Source: an uncultured Clostridium sp. (GTDB lineage: Bacteria; Bacillota; Clostridia; TANB77; CAG-508). From it: a DNA stretch of 64,000 nucleotides. This document shows positions 48,508-59,317 of the stretch, one piece after another; position 1 is the first letter of the stretch; the number at the start of each line of letters is the position of its first letter. The notes below the pieces were generated by a model, which was not told where the DNA came from, made no database searches, and was given only the letters and a program-made list of their open reading frames with translations. The position numbers and the translations under genes were made by a program. Where the stretch lies: positions 3,365 to 67,364 of the forward strand of contig CAMMDS010000004.1 of assembly GCA_946495655.1 (NCBI GenBank). Direction: 5' to 3'.

Positions 48508-49308
48508 ATGAATGCATGGACAAAAATCAGTGCAGAATTGGCACAACAAAAAAATTATTTAGATGAACTATATAAAGTATATCCAATAACACAAAATCCA
48601 AAGAGAGAACTTTCTAAAGAAAATGAAAAAGATATAAGAGAAGCTTTTGATAATAAAGATGATGAAAAATTGATTGTAAGCCTACTAAAACTTAAATTGT
48701 TTCCAATAAAAGATTCTTTTGTTGCATACTTAAAAAAGGATAAAGAAGCGATAAGTCGTAATCCTCAAACAGTTAACAGAATCGCTGAAATTCTATATCA
48801 AATGGGTATAGATGAGATAATGGAAAAATGTACTGCACCAAAAGAAACAAACAGACAAATAGGTCCTATGTTTAAAAAATGGATTGATAAAGGAACATTA
48901 GGTGCACCAGTTATAAAAAATAGTGAAGAATTTTTAAATTATGATGGGAATTGTATCTTTAATTCTTCAGATATTGAAATGGAAAAATTTGCAGCAAAAT
49001 ACTTAGGATTTACTAGAGAAAAAGGAATTGATTTTATTGCAAAATTTAATAATAAATATGTAATTGCAGAAGCAAAATTCTTAACAGATTTTGGTGGACA
49101 TCAAAATGCACAATTTAATGATGCCGTTAGCACTATGCAAAACTCATTTGAAGGTAAGAAAGTAGCTAATGAGATTATACCAATAGCAATTATGGATGGT
49201 GTATTATATATTCAAGGGAAGAAAAAAATGTATAGATATTTGCAGAATCATCCAGACCAAATTATATTATCTGCTTTAGTATTAAGAGAATTTTTGTATT
49301 CTATATAG
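48508..49308 (+). CDS. Type II restriction endonuclease (Tsp45I-like)
   Basis: W..S.ELA.QKNYLDELYKVYP, KGIDFIAK..EAKFLTDFGGHQNAQFNDA (PD-D/ExK); next to an MTase. Confidence 0.7.
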   Translation: MNAWTKISAELAQQKNYLDELYKVYPITQNPKRELSKENEKDIREAFDNKDDEKLIVSLLKLKLFPIKDSFVAYLKKDKEAISRNPQTVNRIAEILYQMGIDEIMEKCTAPKETNRQIGPMFKKWIDKGTLGAPVIKNSEEFLNYDGNCIFNSSDIEMEKFAAKYLGFTREKGIDFIAKFNNKYVIAEAKFLTDFGGHQNAQFNDAVSTMQNSFEGKKVANEIIPIAIMDGVLYIQGKKKMYRYLQNHPDQIILSALVLREFLYSI

Positions 49309-49324
49309 TGAAAGAGAGAAAGAA

Positions 49325-50431
49325 ATGGAATTATATTATAAAAACAAAAAAAGCCAAACCCAAATATTAAAAAATGCAGCTAAAGTAAAATATAATATTA
49401 ATTTGGATAATAATTCATTATTATTTAAAGGAGATAATTTCTCTGCTCTATCATTTCTATTAAAAGACTACAAAAACAAAATCGATCTAGTATATATAGA
49501 TCCACCATTTAATACACTAAACGATTTTTATGTTTCTGATACGAGAGCAAATTCAATTAGTTCAAATAAAAATTCTACATTGGCATATTCAGATAAAATG
49601 AGTAAAGAAGAATATTTAGAATTTTTAAGAGAACGTTTAGTGTTAATCAGAGAATTATTATCTGAGAAAGGTTCTTTGTATTTGCATATAGATTATAAAA
49701 TAGGACATTATGTAAAAATTATTACGGATGAAATTTTCGGAGAAGAAAATTTTAAAAATGATATTACACGAATAAAATCTAATCCTAAAAATTTTTATAG
49801 AAAAGCATATGGTAATGAAAAAGATTTGATATTATTTTATTCTAAAAACAGCAAAACCAATATATGGAATGATTTAAGAATACCTTTAGAAGATGATGAA
49901 ATAAATGAAAAATTTAAAAAAGTAGATGAAAACGGTAGAAGATATACAACAATTCCTTTACATGCTCCAGGAGAAACAAAGAACGGAATTACAGGACAAC
50001 CTTGGAGAAATATTCCTGTACCCAAAGGTAGGCATTGGAGAACTGATCCAACAGAATTTGATAAGCTAGACTCTCAAGGAGATATAGAATGGTCATCAAC
50101 TGGAAACCCTAGAATAAAAAAATATGCAGATCAGCATGAAGGAAAAAGAATACAAGATATTTGGAAATTCAAAGATCCACAAAATCCAATATATCCTACA
50201 CAGAAAAATATTGAAATGTTAAAAAGAATAATCTTGCAATCATCAAATGAAAATAGTATTATTCTTGATTGTTTTGCAGGTAGTGGAACTACACTTGAAT
50301 GTGCTAATAAATTAGGAAGAAATTGGATAGGAGTAGATAATTCTGATGTTGCTATAGATAAAATACAAAGTAGAAAAATTGGAGAATACCAATTTATTGA
50401 TATTACAAATTATAATAATAAAAAAAAGTAA
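49325..50431 (+). CDS. Beta-class amino (N6/N4) DNA methyltransferase
   Basis: YIDPPF first, then YPTQK and LDCFAGSGTT. Confidence 0.92.
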   Translation: MELYYKNKKSQTQILKNAAKVKYNINLDNNSLLFKGDNFSALSFLLKDYKNKIDLVYIDPPFNTLNDFYVSDTRANSISSNKNSTLAYSDKMSKEEYLEFLRERLVLIRELLSEKGSLYLHIDYKIGHYVKIITDEIFGEENFKNDITRIKSNPKNFYRKAYGNEKDLILFYSKNSKTNIWNDLRIPLEDDEINEKFKKVDENGRRYTTIPLHAPGETKNGITGQPWRNIPVPKGRHWRTDPTEFDKLDSQGDIEWSSTGNPRIKKYADQHEGKRIQDIWKFKDPQNPIYPTQKNIEMLKRIILQSSNENSIILDCFAGSGTTLECANKLGRNWIGVDNSDVAIDKIQSRKIGEYQFIDITNYNNKKK

Positions 50432-50534
50432 CCATAATTTAATAGAAAGTAATTTATTTAATAATCAATTTTATAATATCATAAATAATATCAATAAGAT
50501 TGATGTGTAATTCTAAAAAGTTTTTCTTTTTATT

Positions 50535-50563
50535 AGAGTCGTAGAGAATTACGACTCTTTTTT
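50535..50563 (+). terminator. Terminator after the RM pair
   Basis: AGAGTCGTA-GAGAAT-TACGACTCT-TTTT. Confidence 0.7.
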
Positions 50564-50603
50564 GAGAAATAAACACCTTTTATTGATTTTCGATAAAAAT
50601 ATA

Positions 50604-50632
50604 TTGACATTTAATAATATTTGTATTATACT
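50604..50632 (+). promoter_or_regulatory. SigA promoter
   Basis: TTGACA-17 bp-TATACT. Confidence 0.65.
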
Positions 50633-50679
50633 TCTTTTTAGTTAATATATATTAATTATATTTAAAAAGGAGTATTACA

Positions 50680-51417
50680 ATGGTAACTATGAAAAAATTA
50701 GATAAATTTACTTATGTTTCCATACTAGTATTAGGAATACTAGCAATAATAGCAATTTCATACTTTATTTTGCTATGTACTACATCTATTATGAATTCCA
50801 CTGAATTTGCTAATATATTAATAGATCTAAATGTCTATTCTACTTTCTATCTAATTACTAGTAGCATCTCTTCCCTATTCTTTCCTGTATTAATCTCTAT
50901 ATTTATTTTGATAATACCATATTTAATAATGAGTCTTCTAATATGTATTCTTTTTATTTTTAAGTATACTAAATATACTGGTAAAAAAAGAAATAAAATA
51001 ATAAAAACTATTATTTTATCTTTCATCATTTTATTATTATTAATTAGTGGTTTTCGTTTGTTTCCACTAACAAATCAGTATGAAATAAAAGTGAACTCAT
51101 ATATAAGTCAATTTTCTAATTCGGCTGTTAGACAATTTTTACAAGATGAATTGGATAATGATTATTACGTATATAGGATTGAAATTAGGCAAGGTTTTCC
51201 CGATGATTACAATGTGAATATATATTATAGAGACAATATAACTAAAATAGAACGTGCTTTTTTATCAGATTCTAATTATGAATTTGTTGAAAACAATGCT
51301 AAAAATTTAACTAATTCTTTAGCAATCAAATCTATTATTCTAATGATTTTTGCAGATGCTTTATATATCTATTTCCTTGTATACATTTTAAATGAATTTA
51401 AAAGAATAATACAATAA
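50680..51417 (+). CDS. Hypothetical membrane protein
   Basis: Several hydrophobic segments; AGGAG RBS. Confidence 0.7.
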   Translation: MVTMKKLDKFTYVSILVLGILAIIAISYFILLCTTSIMNSTEFANILIDLNVYSTFYLITSSISSLFFPVLISIFILIIPYLIMSLLICILFIFKYTKYTGKKRNKIIKTIILSFIILLLLISGFRLFPLTNQYEIKVNSYISQFSNSAVRQFLQDELDNDYYVYRIEIRQGFPDDYNVNIYYRDNITKIERAFLSDSNYEFVENNAKNLTNSLAIKSIILMIFADALYIYFLVYILNEFKRIIQ

Positions 51418-51535
51418 ATATTTCCCGTTTTATTTTAATTAATTACAAAAATAAATATATATTAAATATAAGTATGAGAGCAACATTTAGTTGCTCTCAT
51501 TTTCAGAGGTTAGTATTTTAGGTTAGATAACTTTT

Positions 51536-51922
51536 TTATTCAACATCCGCTTTCCATAAACCATGTTTATTGCAATATGCATAAAGTGTAGCACCTTTTA
51601 TATATGGAAATCTACATTCAGCATTTTGTTCTGGATATAAGTTTACAGTATATTCTCTATTTTCTTTTATTAAAGAAATCCATTCAATATAATGTTCTTT
51701 TTCCATTACATGATTTACTTTAACAACTATTTCATCTTCTATTACTTCATATGTTGGTACATGCTTTTCTATAGCTGCATCTACAGAATTTGGAACCATT
51801 ACTTGCATAGGTTCATCACAACATACTATTCCGCATCCATTGCAATTACAATCATTAATAACTTTTACTATTGCTCCGCAATGATTACATTTTTTTACTA
51901 TTAATTCATTTTTCATTATCAT
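51536..51922 (-). CDS. dfx: Desulfoferrodoxin / superoxide reductase
   Basis: CNHCG..CC, EKHVP, HVMEKEHYIEW, YCNKHGLW. Confidence 0.92.
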   Translation of the reverse strand: MIMKNELIVKKCNHCGAIVKVINDCNCNGCGIVCCDEPMQVMVPNSVDAAIEKHVPTYEVIEDEIVVKVNHVMEKEHYIEWISLIKENREYTVNLYPEQNAECRFPYIKGATLYAYCNKHGLWKADVE

Positions 51923-52006
51923 TACCTCCTAGTTTATTTATATATAATTAATTTTTTAACCATATAAATTATACCTTCTTTTTCATTTTTTGTACAGACC
52001 AATTTG

Positions 52007-52696
52007 TTAAACTGTTACATTATCTTTTATATCTGAAAATTTTGCATCACCAATACCTTTTACATTTTGTAAATCTTCGATTTTCTGAAAGTTACCATTT
52101 TCTTCCCTATACTCTATAATTCTCTGAGCAATTGATGGCCCTATACCCGGTAAACTATCTAATTCACTTTGATTTGCAGTATTTATATTCACTTTATTCT
52201 CCTTTCCTTCAGTTGATTCTGAATTCTTATTCTCTTCTACAATTACATTATTCCCACTTGATACTGTAATATACTCAGTAATTTTCTCATTTTTATTTGG
52301 TATATATACTTTTTGTCCATCTTGAAGTTCATATGCCAAATTTATTTGGGATAAATCCGCTTCTTTCGTTTCTCCTCCGGCTTCTTTTATTGCATCAATG
52401 ATTCTAGAGCCTTGTTTCAAGTATACTATTCCCTCTTTTTTCACTTCTCCCGCTATATGAACAATTATTTCTTCTGTTTCATCTATTTCATTTACTAACT
52501 GATTTTCTGATTGTTTATTAATTTCATTATTTATGTTTTCTGCTATATTTTCATTATCTGAAACTAAACTATCTAAAGATATTTCGTTATATGTATTTGT
52601 ACTTATTGTATAAATTATAAAAGCTATAATAATTCCTATTATTAAAATTATTAATATTATTAATTTCTTTTTATTATCTATTTGCATAAATTTCAC
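52007..52696 (-). CDS. comEA: Competence DNA receptor ComEA
   Basis: N-terminal TM, SLBB VHIAGEV..GIV, VNINTA..LDSLPGIG HhH motifs. Confidence 0.92.
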   Translation of the reverse strand: MKFMQIDNKKKLIILIILIIGIIIAFIIYTISTNTYNEISLDSLVSDNENIAENINNEINKQSENQLVNEIDETEEIIVHIAGEVKKEGIVYLKQGSRIIDAIKEAGGETKEADLSQINLAYELQDGQKVYIPNKNEKITEYITVSSGNNVIVEENKNSESTEGKENKVNINTANQSELDSLPGIGPSIAQRIIEYREENGNFQKIEDLQNVKGIGDAKFSDIKDNVTV

Positions 52697-52813
52697 CTTC
52701 CTTTATTACTTAATTCTTTAAATACCTGAATAAAACAAAAAGTTTTTTTATTTTATTCACCAAATATATTGAATTTTTTTTTTATTTAATATATAGTAAT
52801 ATATATTTTTAAT

Positions 52814-54208
52814 TTGAAGTTGTTTTTTTATACAGAAATGGGGTGTCATATGAAACAACTTAAATCAATAGTAGTTTTTACTATTATTTTTATTATGTTT
52901 TTACTGCCAATAAATACCATATTGGCTGCAGATATAAATACGAATGATTATAATCCTGATAATATAACAACTAATTCACCTTCTGTTTTATTAATGGATC
53001 CTGAAACTGGTAAAATTTTATATTCTAAGAATGCATTTGAACAAAGATATCCTGCAAGCACTACTAAACTTATGACTGCTATCCTAGCCATGGAAAATTG
53101 TAAATTAGATGATGTAGCTACAGTTAGTCATAATGCTATTTATTCTATTCCAGTAGGATATTCACATGCAAATCTACAAGAAGGGGAAGAACTTACAATA
53201 GAGCAACTTCTTAATGTTTTGCTCATTCCTTCTGCTAATGATGCAGCTATAGTTATTGCAGAGCATATAGCCGGTTCTGTTGAAAAGTTTGCTGATATGA
53301 TGAATGCAAAAGCTGAAGAATTAGGTTGTTTAAATACACATTTCATTAACCCTAATGGAGTTCACATTGAAAATCATTATTCTACTGCATATGATTTAGC
53401 TCTTATTGGAAAATATGCAATGAAATTTGGTGATATAATGAGAATAGCTAAGGTAAGCCAATATACATTACCTAAAACTAATAAGTATAATAAAGAAGAT
53501 AGAATTTTTAATGCTACTAACGGATTGATTACTAAAAACGATGAATATTATTATCAATATGCAACAGGTCTTAAAACTGGTTATACTGATAAATCTGGAT
53601 ATTGCATAGTTACTACGGCCGAAAAGAATAATGTAAAGCTTTTAGTAGTAGTACTTGGTAGTGATTCTATTAAAGATAGATATGAAGATTGTATAAAATT
53701 ATTTAACTATGGATTTGACAATTATTCATATCAAAAACTAGTATCAACTCGTGAAATTATTGATAATATAGAAATTGCTGGAGCAACTAATGAAACTAAA
53801 TCATTGAATGTTATCGCAAAAAATGATATAAAAGTTCTTTTAAAAAATGATATTAATCCTGATGATTTGGAACCAAAAATAGAATTGAATAAAGATTTAT
53901 CTGCGCCAATAGCTCAAGATGCTGTAATAGGTAAAATCTCTTATGAGATTGATGGAGAAACATTTTCTACTGATCTTATTGCTGAAAAATCTGTTGAAGC
54001 ATCTAATTTAGAAACAATAATATTTAGAGCATTACTTATATTTTTAATTTTATATTTATTAGTTGTAATTTTAAAAAGAATAAATAAACCTAGGGGGAAA
54101 GGAAAATCACAATCATATTCAAACAATAAAAGAACTCAAAAACATAAAAGAGTAAAATCTAAAAAAGGCGGAAGATATAAATTTAACCAAATTATCGATT
54201 ATTTATAA
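52814..54208 (+). CDS. D-alanyl-D-alanine carboxypeptidase (S11; likely start 52850)
   Basis: PASTTK (SxxK), SAN, KTG, PBP5_C domain, C-terminal TM. Confidence 0.92.
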   Translation: MKLFFYTEMGCHMKQLKSIVVFTIIFIMFLLPINTILAADINTNDYNPDNITTNSPSVLLMDPETGKILYSKNAFEQRYPASTTKLMTAILAMENCKLDDVATVSHNAIYSIPVGYSHANLQEGEELTIEQLLNVLLIPSANDAAIVIAEHIAGSVEKFADMMNAKAEELGCLNTHFINPNGVHIENHYSTAYDLALIGKYAMKFGDIMRIAKVSQYTLPKTNKYNKEDRIFNATNGLITKNDEYYYQYATGLKTGYTDKSGYCIVTTAEKNNVKLLVVVLGSDSIKDRYEDCIKLFNYGFDNYSYQKLVSTREIIDNIEIAGATNETKSLNVIAKNDIKVLLKNDINPDDLEPKIELNKDLSAPIAQDAVIGKISYEIDGETFSTDLIAEKSVEASNLETIIFRALLIFLILYLLVVILKRINKPRGKGKSQSYSNNKRTQKHKRVKSKKGGRYKFNQIIDYL

Positions 54209-54211
54209 TTT

Positions 54212-54249
54212 TTTCACAGTAAGTATATAACTTACTGTGAAATTTTTTT
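54212..54249. terminator. Bidirectional terminator
   Basis: TTTCACAGTAAGT-ATATA-ACTTACTGTGAAA. Confidence 0.7.
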
Positions 54250-54253
54250 CATG

Positions 54254-55567
54254 CTACATTACATAGTCTGTACCTATTATTATTGTAGTTTTTGTACTTG
54301 TATCTGAATTACCTGATGTAACACTGTTTATATGTAATATTTCTTTTATTTGTGATAACTCTGTTTCAGATATACTGCCTCTATCTATAATAGTTGTATT
54401 ATTAGTTGTTGAAGTGTTTCCTGTTTGTGTAACTTCAAAACCTTCTGCTTCAAGCTTTGATATTACTTCACTTAATTTGCTAGAGCTTCCACTACCATTT
54501 AATATCTCTATATTTGCATTTTTTGTATTATTTATTTCATCACTTGAAACAGTATTTCCATCTATTGTGTTTGCGTCTATATTTTCTTCTGGAACAACTC
54601 CAAAAAACAATTCATTTATCGTTTCTTCTATTTCATCTTCATATGGAGTATAAATCCAAGTTCCTGTTCCTGATGATTGTTCTGCAATTCCTGGTAATGT
54701 ATCTGTTTTTAAATCATCTATATTAAAATCAATTATATATGGTACATAATCTTTAATTGCATCAAAATTCAAATTTGTTTCTACATACTTTTCTGCAATG
54801 TCTAAAAATCCCAAAATAGTATTAACGTCCATATTTTCTATTGTTTGCTCTAATAATGCTGTTAGAAATTCTCTTTGGGTTCTCATTCTTCCTATGTCTT
54901 CTCCACCATATTCAGAAGGATATGTAGTGCCGTCTGAATTATGTCTAAATCTAACTACTTGTTCAGCTTTATCTCCATCTAACAATTGATATCCTGCTTT
55001 TAAGTCTATATATAACCCTTGTCTTCTGTCTGTATAATGCATATCTATTGGTACATCAAAATATACTCCCCCTATTTCGTCTACCAATACTTTTAGTGCT
55101 TCAGTATCTACTTTTAAATAATATTGCACATTTATTCCTGTTAAATTTCTAACATCTTCTAGTAAACCATCTACACCAAATTGATAAACAGCATTAATCT
55201 TATCATATGCTGAAGCATAATCTTTATTTTCTCCTATAAATGTATCTCTTGGAATAGATAGTAATGCTGCTTCTTGTGTTTTTGGATCATATGATGCAAG
55301 CATTATTGTGTCTGTTAAGTTTTCACTTTGTCCTAATATAAGACAATAAATCTTATCCAATTGTTTTACTGTTTCGCTGTCATGTCCTAGACTAGTTTTT
55401 AATACTCCTTGTAGTCCTCCTCCATTTTGATGAACTTTAACAGCAAATACCACTCCTGCTATTATTATAATAAATAATAGTACTAAAACTACTTTTAAGA
55501 AAACATGCTTTTTCTTTTTTCCCTTTTTATTTTCTTTTTCTTCTTTGGATTCTTTTTTCAAAGTCAT
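54254..55567 (-). CDS. LCP family protein with a LytR C-terminal domain
   Basis: TDTIML, LSIPRDT, VRFRH, DIGRMRTQ; EILNGSG..IIIGTDY. Confidence 0.9.
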   Translation of the reverse strand: MTLKKESKEEKENKKGKKKKHVFLKVVLVLLFIIIIAGVVFAVKVHQNGGGLQGVLKTSLGHDSETVKQLDKIYCLILGQSENLTDTIMLASYDPKTQEAALLSIPRDTFIGENKDYASAYDKINAVYQFGVDGLLEDVRNLTGINVQYYLKVDTEALKVLVDEIGGVYFDVPIDMHYTDRRQGLYIDLKAGYQLLDGDKAEQVVRFRHNSDGTTYPSEYGGEDIGRMRTQREFLTALLEQTIENMDVNTILGFLDIAEKYVETNLNFDAIKDYVPYIIDFNIDDLKTDTLPGIAEQSSGTGTWIYTPYEDEIEETINELFFGVVPEENIDANTIDGNTVSSDEINNTKNANIEILNGSGSSSKLSEVISKLEAEGFEVTQTGNTSTTNNTTIIDRGSISETELSQIKEILHINSVTSGNSDTSTKTTIIIGTDYVM

Positions 55568-55702
55568 TCACTCCTATTTCGATAATATGTTTATCATTAT
55601 ACTAAACTTTTTCTTTAATAGCAACATTTTATGTCATATTTTTATATTTTTTTACAGAAAAAAGGCCACCATTTAAGCGACCTTAATTTCTATACTTGTT
55701 AT

Positions 55703-56341
55703 CTAAAATATTATCTTTAATAATAAGTTATTGTTATACATCATACTTCCAACAAATGATTCGTCTATAGCATTTGCTAAAGTTCCATTTATCATAGGTG
55801 ATATAAATGAAATAATTGCTAATACTACATACACTATAATTAGTCCCTCTAATATACCATATATAACTCCACCAAGTTTATCAAATTGTTTTATTACTGG
55901 TAACTTTGTAATCAATGATGTTATGAATCTTAAGAAAATTAGTAAAATTCTAGCAACTATAAATAATATAATCCAAGTAGCTGCTTTAACTATTGTTAAT
56001 GCTACATCTCTTGAAGTACTATCTACTACTGCTTCTTTAGCATCATCTGAAGCTTCTTCCACTTTTTGACCAATATAATCAGTAATTGTTTCTGGTATAT
56101 TTTCGCTTTCGTTTTGGTCTTCTTTTATTATTGCATTTCTTATGGATTCTTCTATATTTTCATCTATTTGTGTGTTATCTATTATAAGGTTAGATATTGG
56201 AACAAATAGTACAAATGCAATAATTAATGCTAAAACAAACGATACTATTTTTATTAAAGATCCTGTTAACCCTCTTATGTATCCAATTATTATACATAAA
56301 ACTATTACTGCTAAAATAACTATATCTACTACAAGTGCCAT
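55703..56341 (-). CDS. CvpA family membrane protein
   Basis: VDIVIL..IIGYIRGL, DKLGGVIYGILEG. Confidence 0.8.
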   Translation of the reverse strand: MALVVDIVILAVIVLCIIIGYIRGLTGSLIKIVSFVLALIIAFVLFVPISNLIIDNTQIDENIEESIRNAIIKEDQNESENIPETITDYIGQKVEEASDDAKEAVVDSTSRDVALTIVKAATWIILFIVARILLIFLRFITSLITKLPVIKQFDKLGGVIYGILEGLIIVYVVLAIISFISPMINGTLANAIDESFVGSMMYNNNLLLKIIF

Positions 56342-56392
56342 TCTTCCACCTCCTCTATTTATAACTAATTTTAATTTTAACCATTTTGTTGT

Positions 56393-57649
56393 TTATAAAT
56401 TAACTATGTCAACTTTGTCCTGATACACTATTCCTGCAATACCATTTCCTAATACAACATTCTGTACCTCTTGCAATGAGCTATATCTTTTTAATAACCA
56501 TCCACTGGTGTTTATAAATTCTATTTCTTGTCCTAAACTTATTGCAATTACATTATTAAAACTGTAAATATCTTTTGCAGCTCCTTCTACGGTATAAACT
56601 ACGTTTTTATCGTTTGTAGTGCCTTTTATTTCTATGACTGTGTTTGTATTAAAAATTCCATCATTCTCTTCAATTGCTCTATATATGTAATTGTTTAAAT
56701 TAATGTTAGAGAAATTTATGTTTTTACCATTCTCTCTTAAAGACATCAAAACTGTATTATTTTCATTTTGTATTGATGTTATTTCATTATCAAACATACA
56801 TATTATTTGATTATTATCATCATATTTCATATTTGTAATTAATTTATTATTATCTGCTTTATATGTATATATAACAGATTCAGATGGTTCTTCTATTGAT
56901 ACTATTTTTATATTTGATTGAATTGTTGTTCCACTAGTATTAACTTCTGCAAATGCTAAATATTTGTTATCATTTGATATTGTAGTATCTACTACTGTAG
57001 TTGTGGCCAAATATCTTTTAAATAATTCATTACCTTTATTATCAAATGTTGCAATTACTGATTTATATGCTGTTCCTGTTAATATTACACTTACATACCC
57101 ATTATTATTTACATTTATTTTTGATATATTGCCATCAACATCTTTAGTCCATAGAATTTCCGAACCTGATATCAAGTTTAATTTTGATCCGTTTTTTTCG
57201 CTAATTGCTATATATTTATTATTTATATTATAAACAGGGTTATTTATTTCTAGCTCTATTTCATTTTCTAATTTGCCAGACGAATTATATTGCATTAGCT
57301 TATTTTCTGCAAGTATACATATCTTTTTATCGTATGCAAACACATTAATATTTGAATCATAATTAAGTTCTATTGAATCCAACTTTTCCTGTGTTATATT
57401 TTTTCTAAAAAAGTATTGATCTAAAAATTTTCTTACATCTCTACTTGAATAATATAAAAGCATTGTAATTGCTACTACTACAAGAATAATTCCAATCGAT
57501 ATAGCTATTATCATTTTCTTTTTATTAATACTTTTTTTCGTTTTTTTATTGTCTCTTTCTTCGATATTTGCATAAATGTTTTTTATATCTTTCAAAATTA
57601 TTCCTCCTTTGCTTGTACTATTTATATCAGTTTTTCTTCCTTTTTTCAA
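56393..57649 (-). CDS. Membrane-anchored beta-propeller-like protein (DUF5711-like)
   Basis: Single TM plus beta-rich repeats; adjacent to cvpA as commonly seen in Clostridia. Confidence 0.6.
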   Translation of the reverse strand: MKKGRKTDINSTSKGGIILKDIKNIYANIEERDNKKTKKSINKKKMIIAISIGIILVVVAITMLLYYSSRDVRKFLDQYFFRKNITQEKLDSIELNYDSNINVFAYDKKICILAENKLMQYNSSGKLENEIELEINNPVYNINNKYIAISEKNGSKLNLISGSEILWTKDVDGNISKINVNNNGYVSVILTGTAYKSVIATFDNKGNELFKRYLATTTVVDTTISNDNKYLAFAEVNTSGTTIQSNIKIVSIEEPSESVIYTYKADNNKLITNMKYDDNNQIICMFDNEITSIQNENNTVLMSLRENGKNINFSNINLNNYIYRAIEENDGIFNTNTVIEIKGTTNDKNVVYTVEGAAKDIYSFNNVIAISLGQEIEFINTSGWLLKRYSSLQEVQNVVLGNGIAGIVYQDKVDIVNL

Positions 57650-57664
57650 TACTTTAATAAATTT

Positions 57665-58183
57665 TTAATAAGCTTGTTTATATTTGAATTTTAATTTGTT
57701 TTTTAAAAATTTTTTAAATTCTAATGCATTTCCTATTTCAAATCCAGATTTGTTTAAAATAAGCACATCTTCTTTACTAAGATACAAATAAAAGAAATTT
57801 CTATTTTCATAAATTTTATATATTTTGTGATATCTTAGTTTGTAATCTTCATTCTCGTTAGTTATTTCAAAATATTTATTATAAAACAAATAACAGTTTT
57901 CCATATTGTTTTTTATTTTTTCTTTATTTAATTCTTTTTTTACTTTATATGCTGGATATAAAAATCTATACCCTAGAAATAGCAATAGAAAAATAAAAAT
58001 TAATACTGCTATTATAAATGAATGATTTATTATTTGAATTATCATATATGATAAAAATACAATAGAGAAAAATGCTGTATATGCCCAATATTTCCAATTG
58101 TTTCTTTGCTCATGAAATTTTAATAATATCATATAGTTTTGTTTTGATAATTCGGTTCTATTTTTAAATAATAATTCTTCCAT
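57665..58183 (-). CDS. YcxB-like membrane protein
   Basis: Two TMs followed by IYKIYEN..FFYLY...ILNK. Confidence 0.6.
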   Translation of the reverse strand: MEELLFKNRTELSKQNYMILLKFHEQRNNWKYWAYTAFFSIVFLSYMIIQIINHSFIIAVLIFIFLLLFLGYRFLYPAYKVKKELNKEKIKNNMENCYLFYNKYFEITNENEDYKLRYHKIYKIYENRNFFYLYLSKEDVLILNKSGFEIGNALEFKKFLKNKLKFKYKQAY

Positions 58184-58274
58184 ATTTGTCCCTCTTTTAT
58201 ACCAATTAAATCCATAATACTTAGTATATTTTAATATACTTTTTTAATATTAACAATACTTACTTACTAGAAAA

Positions 58275-59273
58275 TTATTTTAATATGTATATAAGTTGAG
58301 CAAAACCTAGTATTCCGAATACTGGGTAAGTAAGATTTACTAATTTTGAAAAGCTTAAGTTTGATATAAATATTGCAAAAATACAAATAAATGCAGCTAA
58401 TATTTTAAAATTATTTTGCTTTTTCGTACAATTATTCAAAAACCCATAACCTGCAGAAATCATAGTTGTATATATAGCAACAATAATAACCACGCTATAA
58501 ATTATACTATAGGTTTTACCATGTTGATTTGCAATATATACTAATGGTATTTCTATATTTTCTAAGCCATTTATATTAAACATAATAAAATATATTATTA
58601 TTGATAAAATGAAGAAAATTATTGTTGATACTATACTTACCTTTTTCTCATTTTTTATAGTATATTTTTTTAAACTAATTAACATTGGAATTAGCAATAT
58701 ACTGTTATAACTTGCATATTCTATTGCCCTCAATAACCAATTCCCTGATAATTTTATGTTTGTTATATCAATATTATCTATAGTTCCTGGCAAATCGCTT
58801 TTTAATCCTAAGCCTAATATTATTAATATTAATACAGGAATAATTATTGTATTTATATTTGCTATTCCCTCTATATTTTTCATAAATGTTATGTAGCAAA
58901 TAAGGGATATAATACTTGCTGTAATAATATTTGGTATATTTAATTCTTGTTTAAAATATGCGCTAAATCCAGCTACCATGATATAAAATGACATTAATAA
59001 GAATATATTAATAATTACTTTTAAAATAATCTTTATTCTATCTGAAATTTTACTTTGTTCTAATAGTTCATTATATGATTTAATATTTAAATCACTTGAT
59101 TTTTTTAATACTATATATATTATCAATCCAATTAAAATACTTGAGATGATTATTCCTATAATTCCATTTTCTTTATATACATTAAAAAAGCTATATATTT
59201 CTTGTCCTGAAGCAAATCCAGCTCCAATTATTGTCCCTATAATAACAAAAATTGCTTTTATACTATTTTTCAA
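58275..59273 (-). CDS. YkvI-like membrane transporter
   Basis: IGTIIGAGFASGQEI..FF; YPVFGILG. Confidence 0.8.
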   Translation of the reverse strand: MKNSIKAIFVIIGTIIGAGFASGQEIYSFFNVYKENGIIGIIISSILIGLIIYIVLKKSSDLNIKSYNELLEQSKISDRIKIILKVIINIFLLMSFYIMVAGFSAYFKQELNIPNIITASIISLICYITFMKNIEGIANINTIIIPVLILIILGLGLKSDLPGTIDNIDITNIKLSGNWLLRAIEYASYNSILLIPMLISLKKYTIKNEKKVSIVSTIIFFILSIIIYFIMFNINGLENIEIPLVYIANQHGKTYSIIYSVVIIVAIYTTMISAGYGFLNNCTKKQNNFKILAAFICIFAIFISNLSFSKLVNLTYPVFGILGFAQLIYILK

Positions 59274-59317
59274 TAATAAAACCCCCTCATAATATTTATG
59301 AGGAGGTTCATTTTTTA

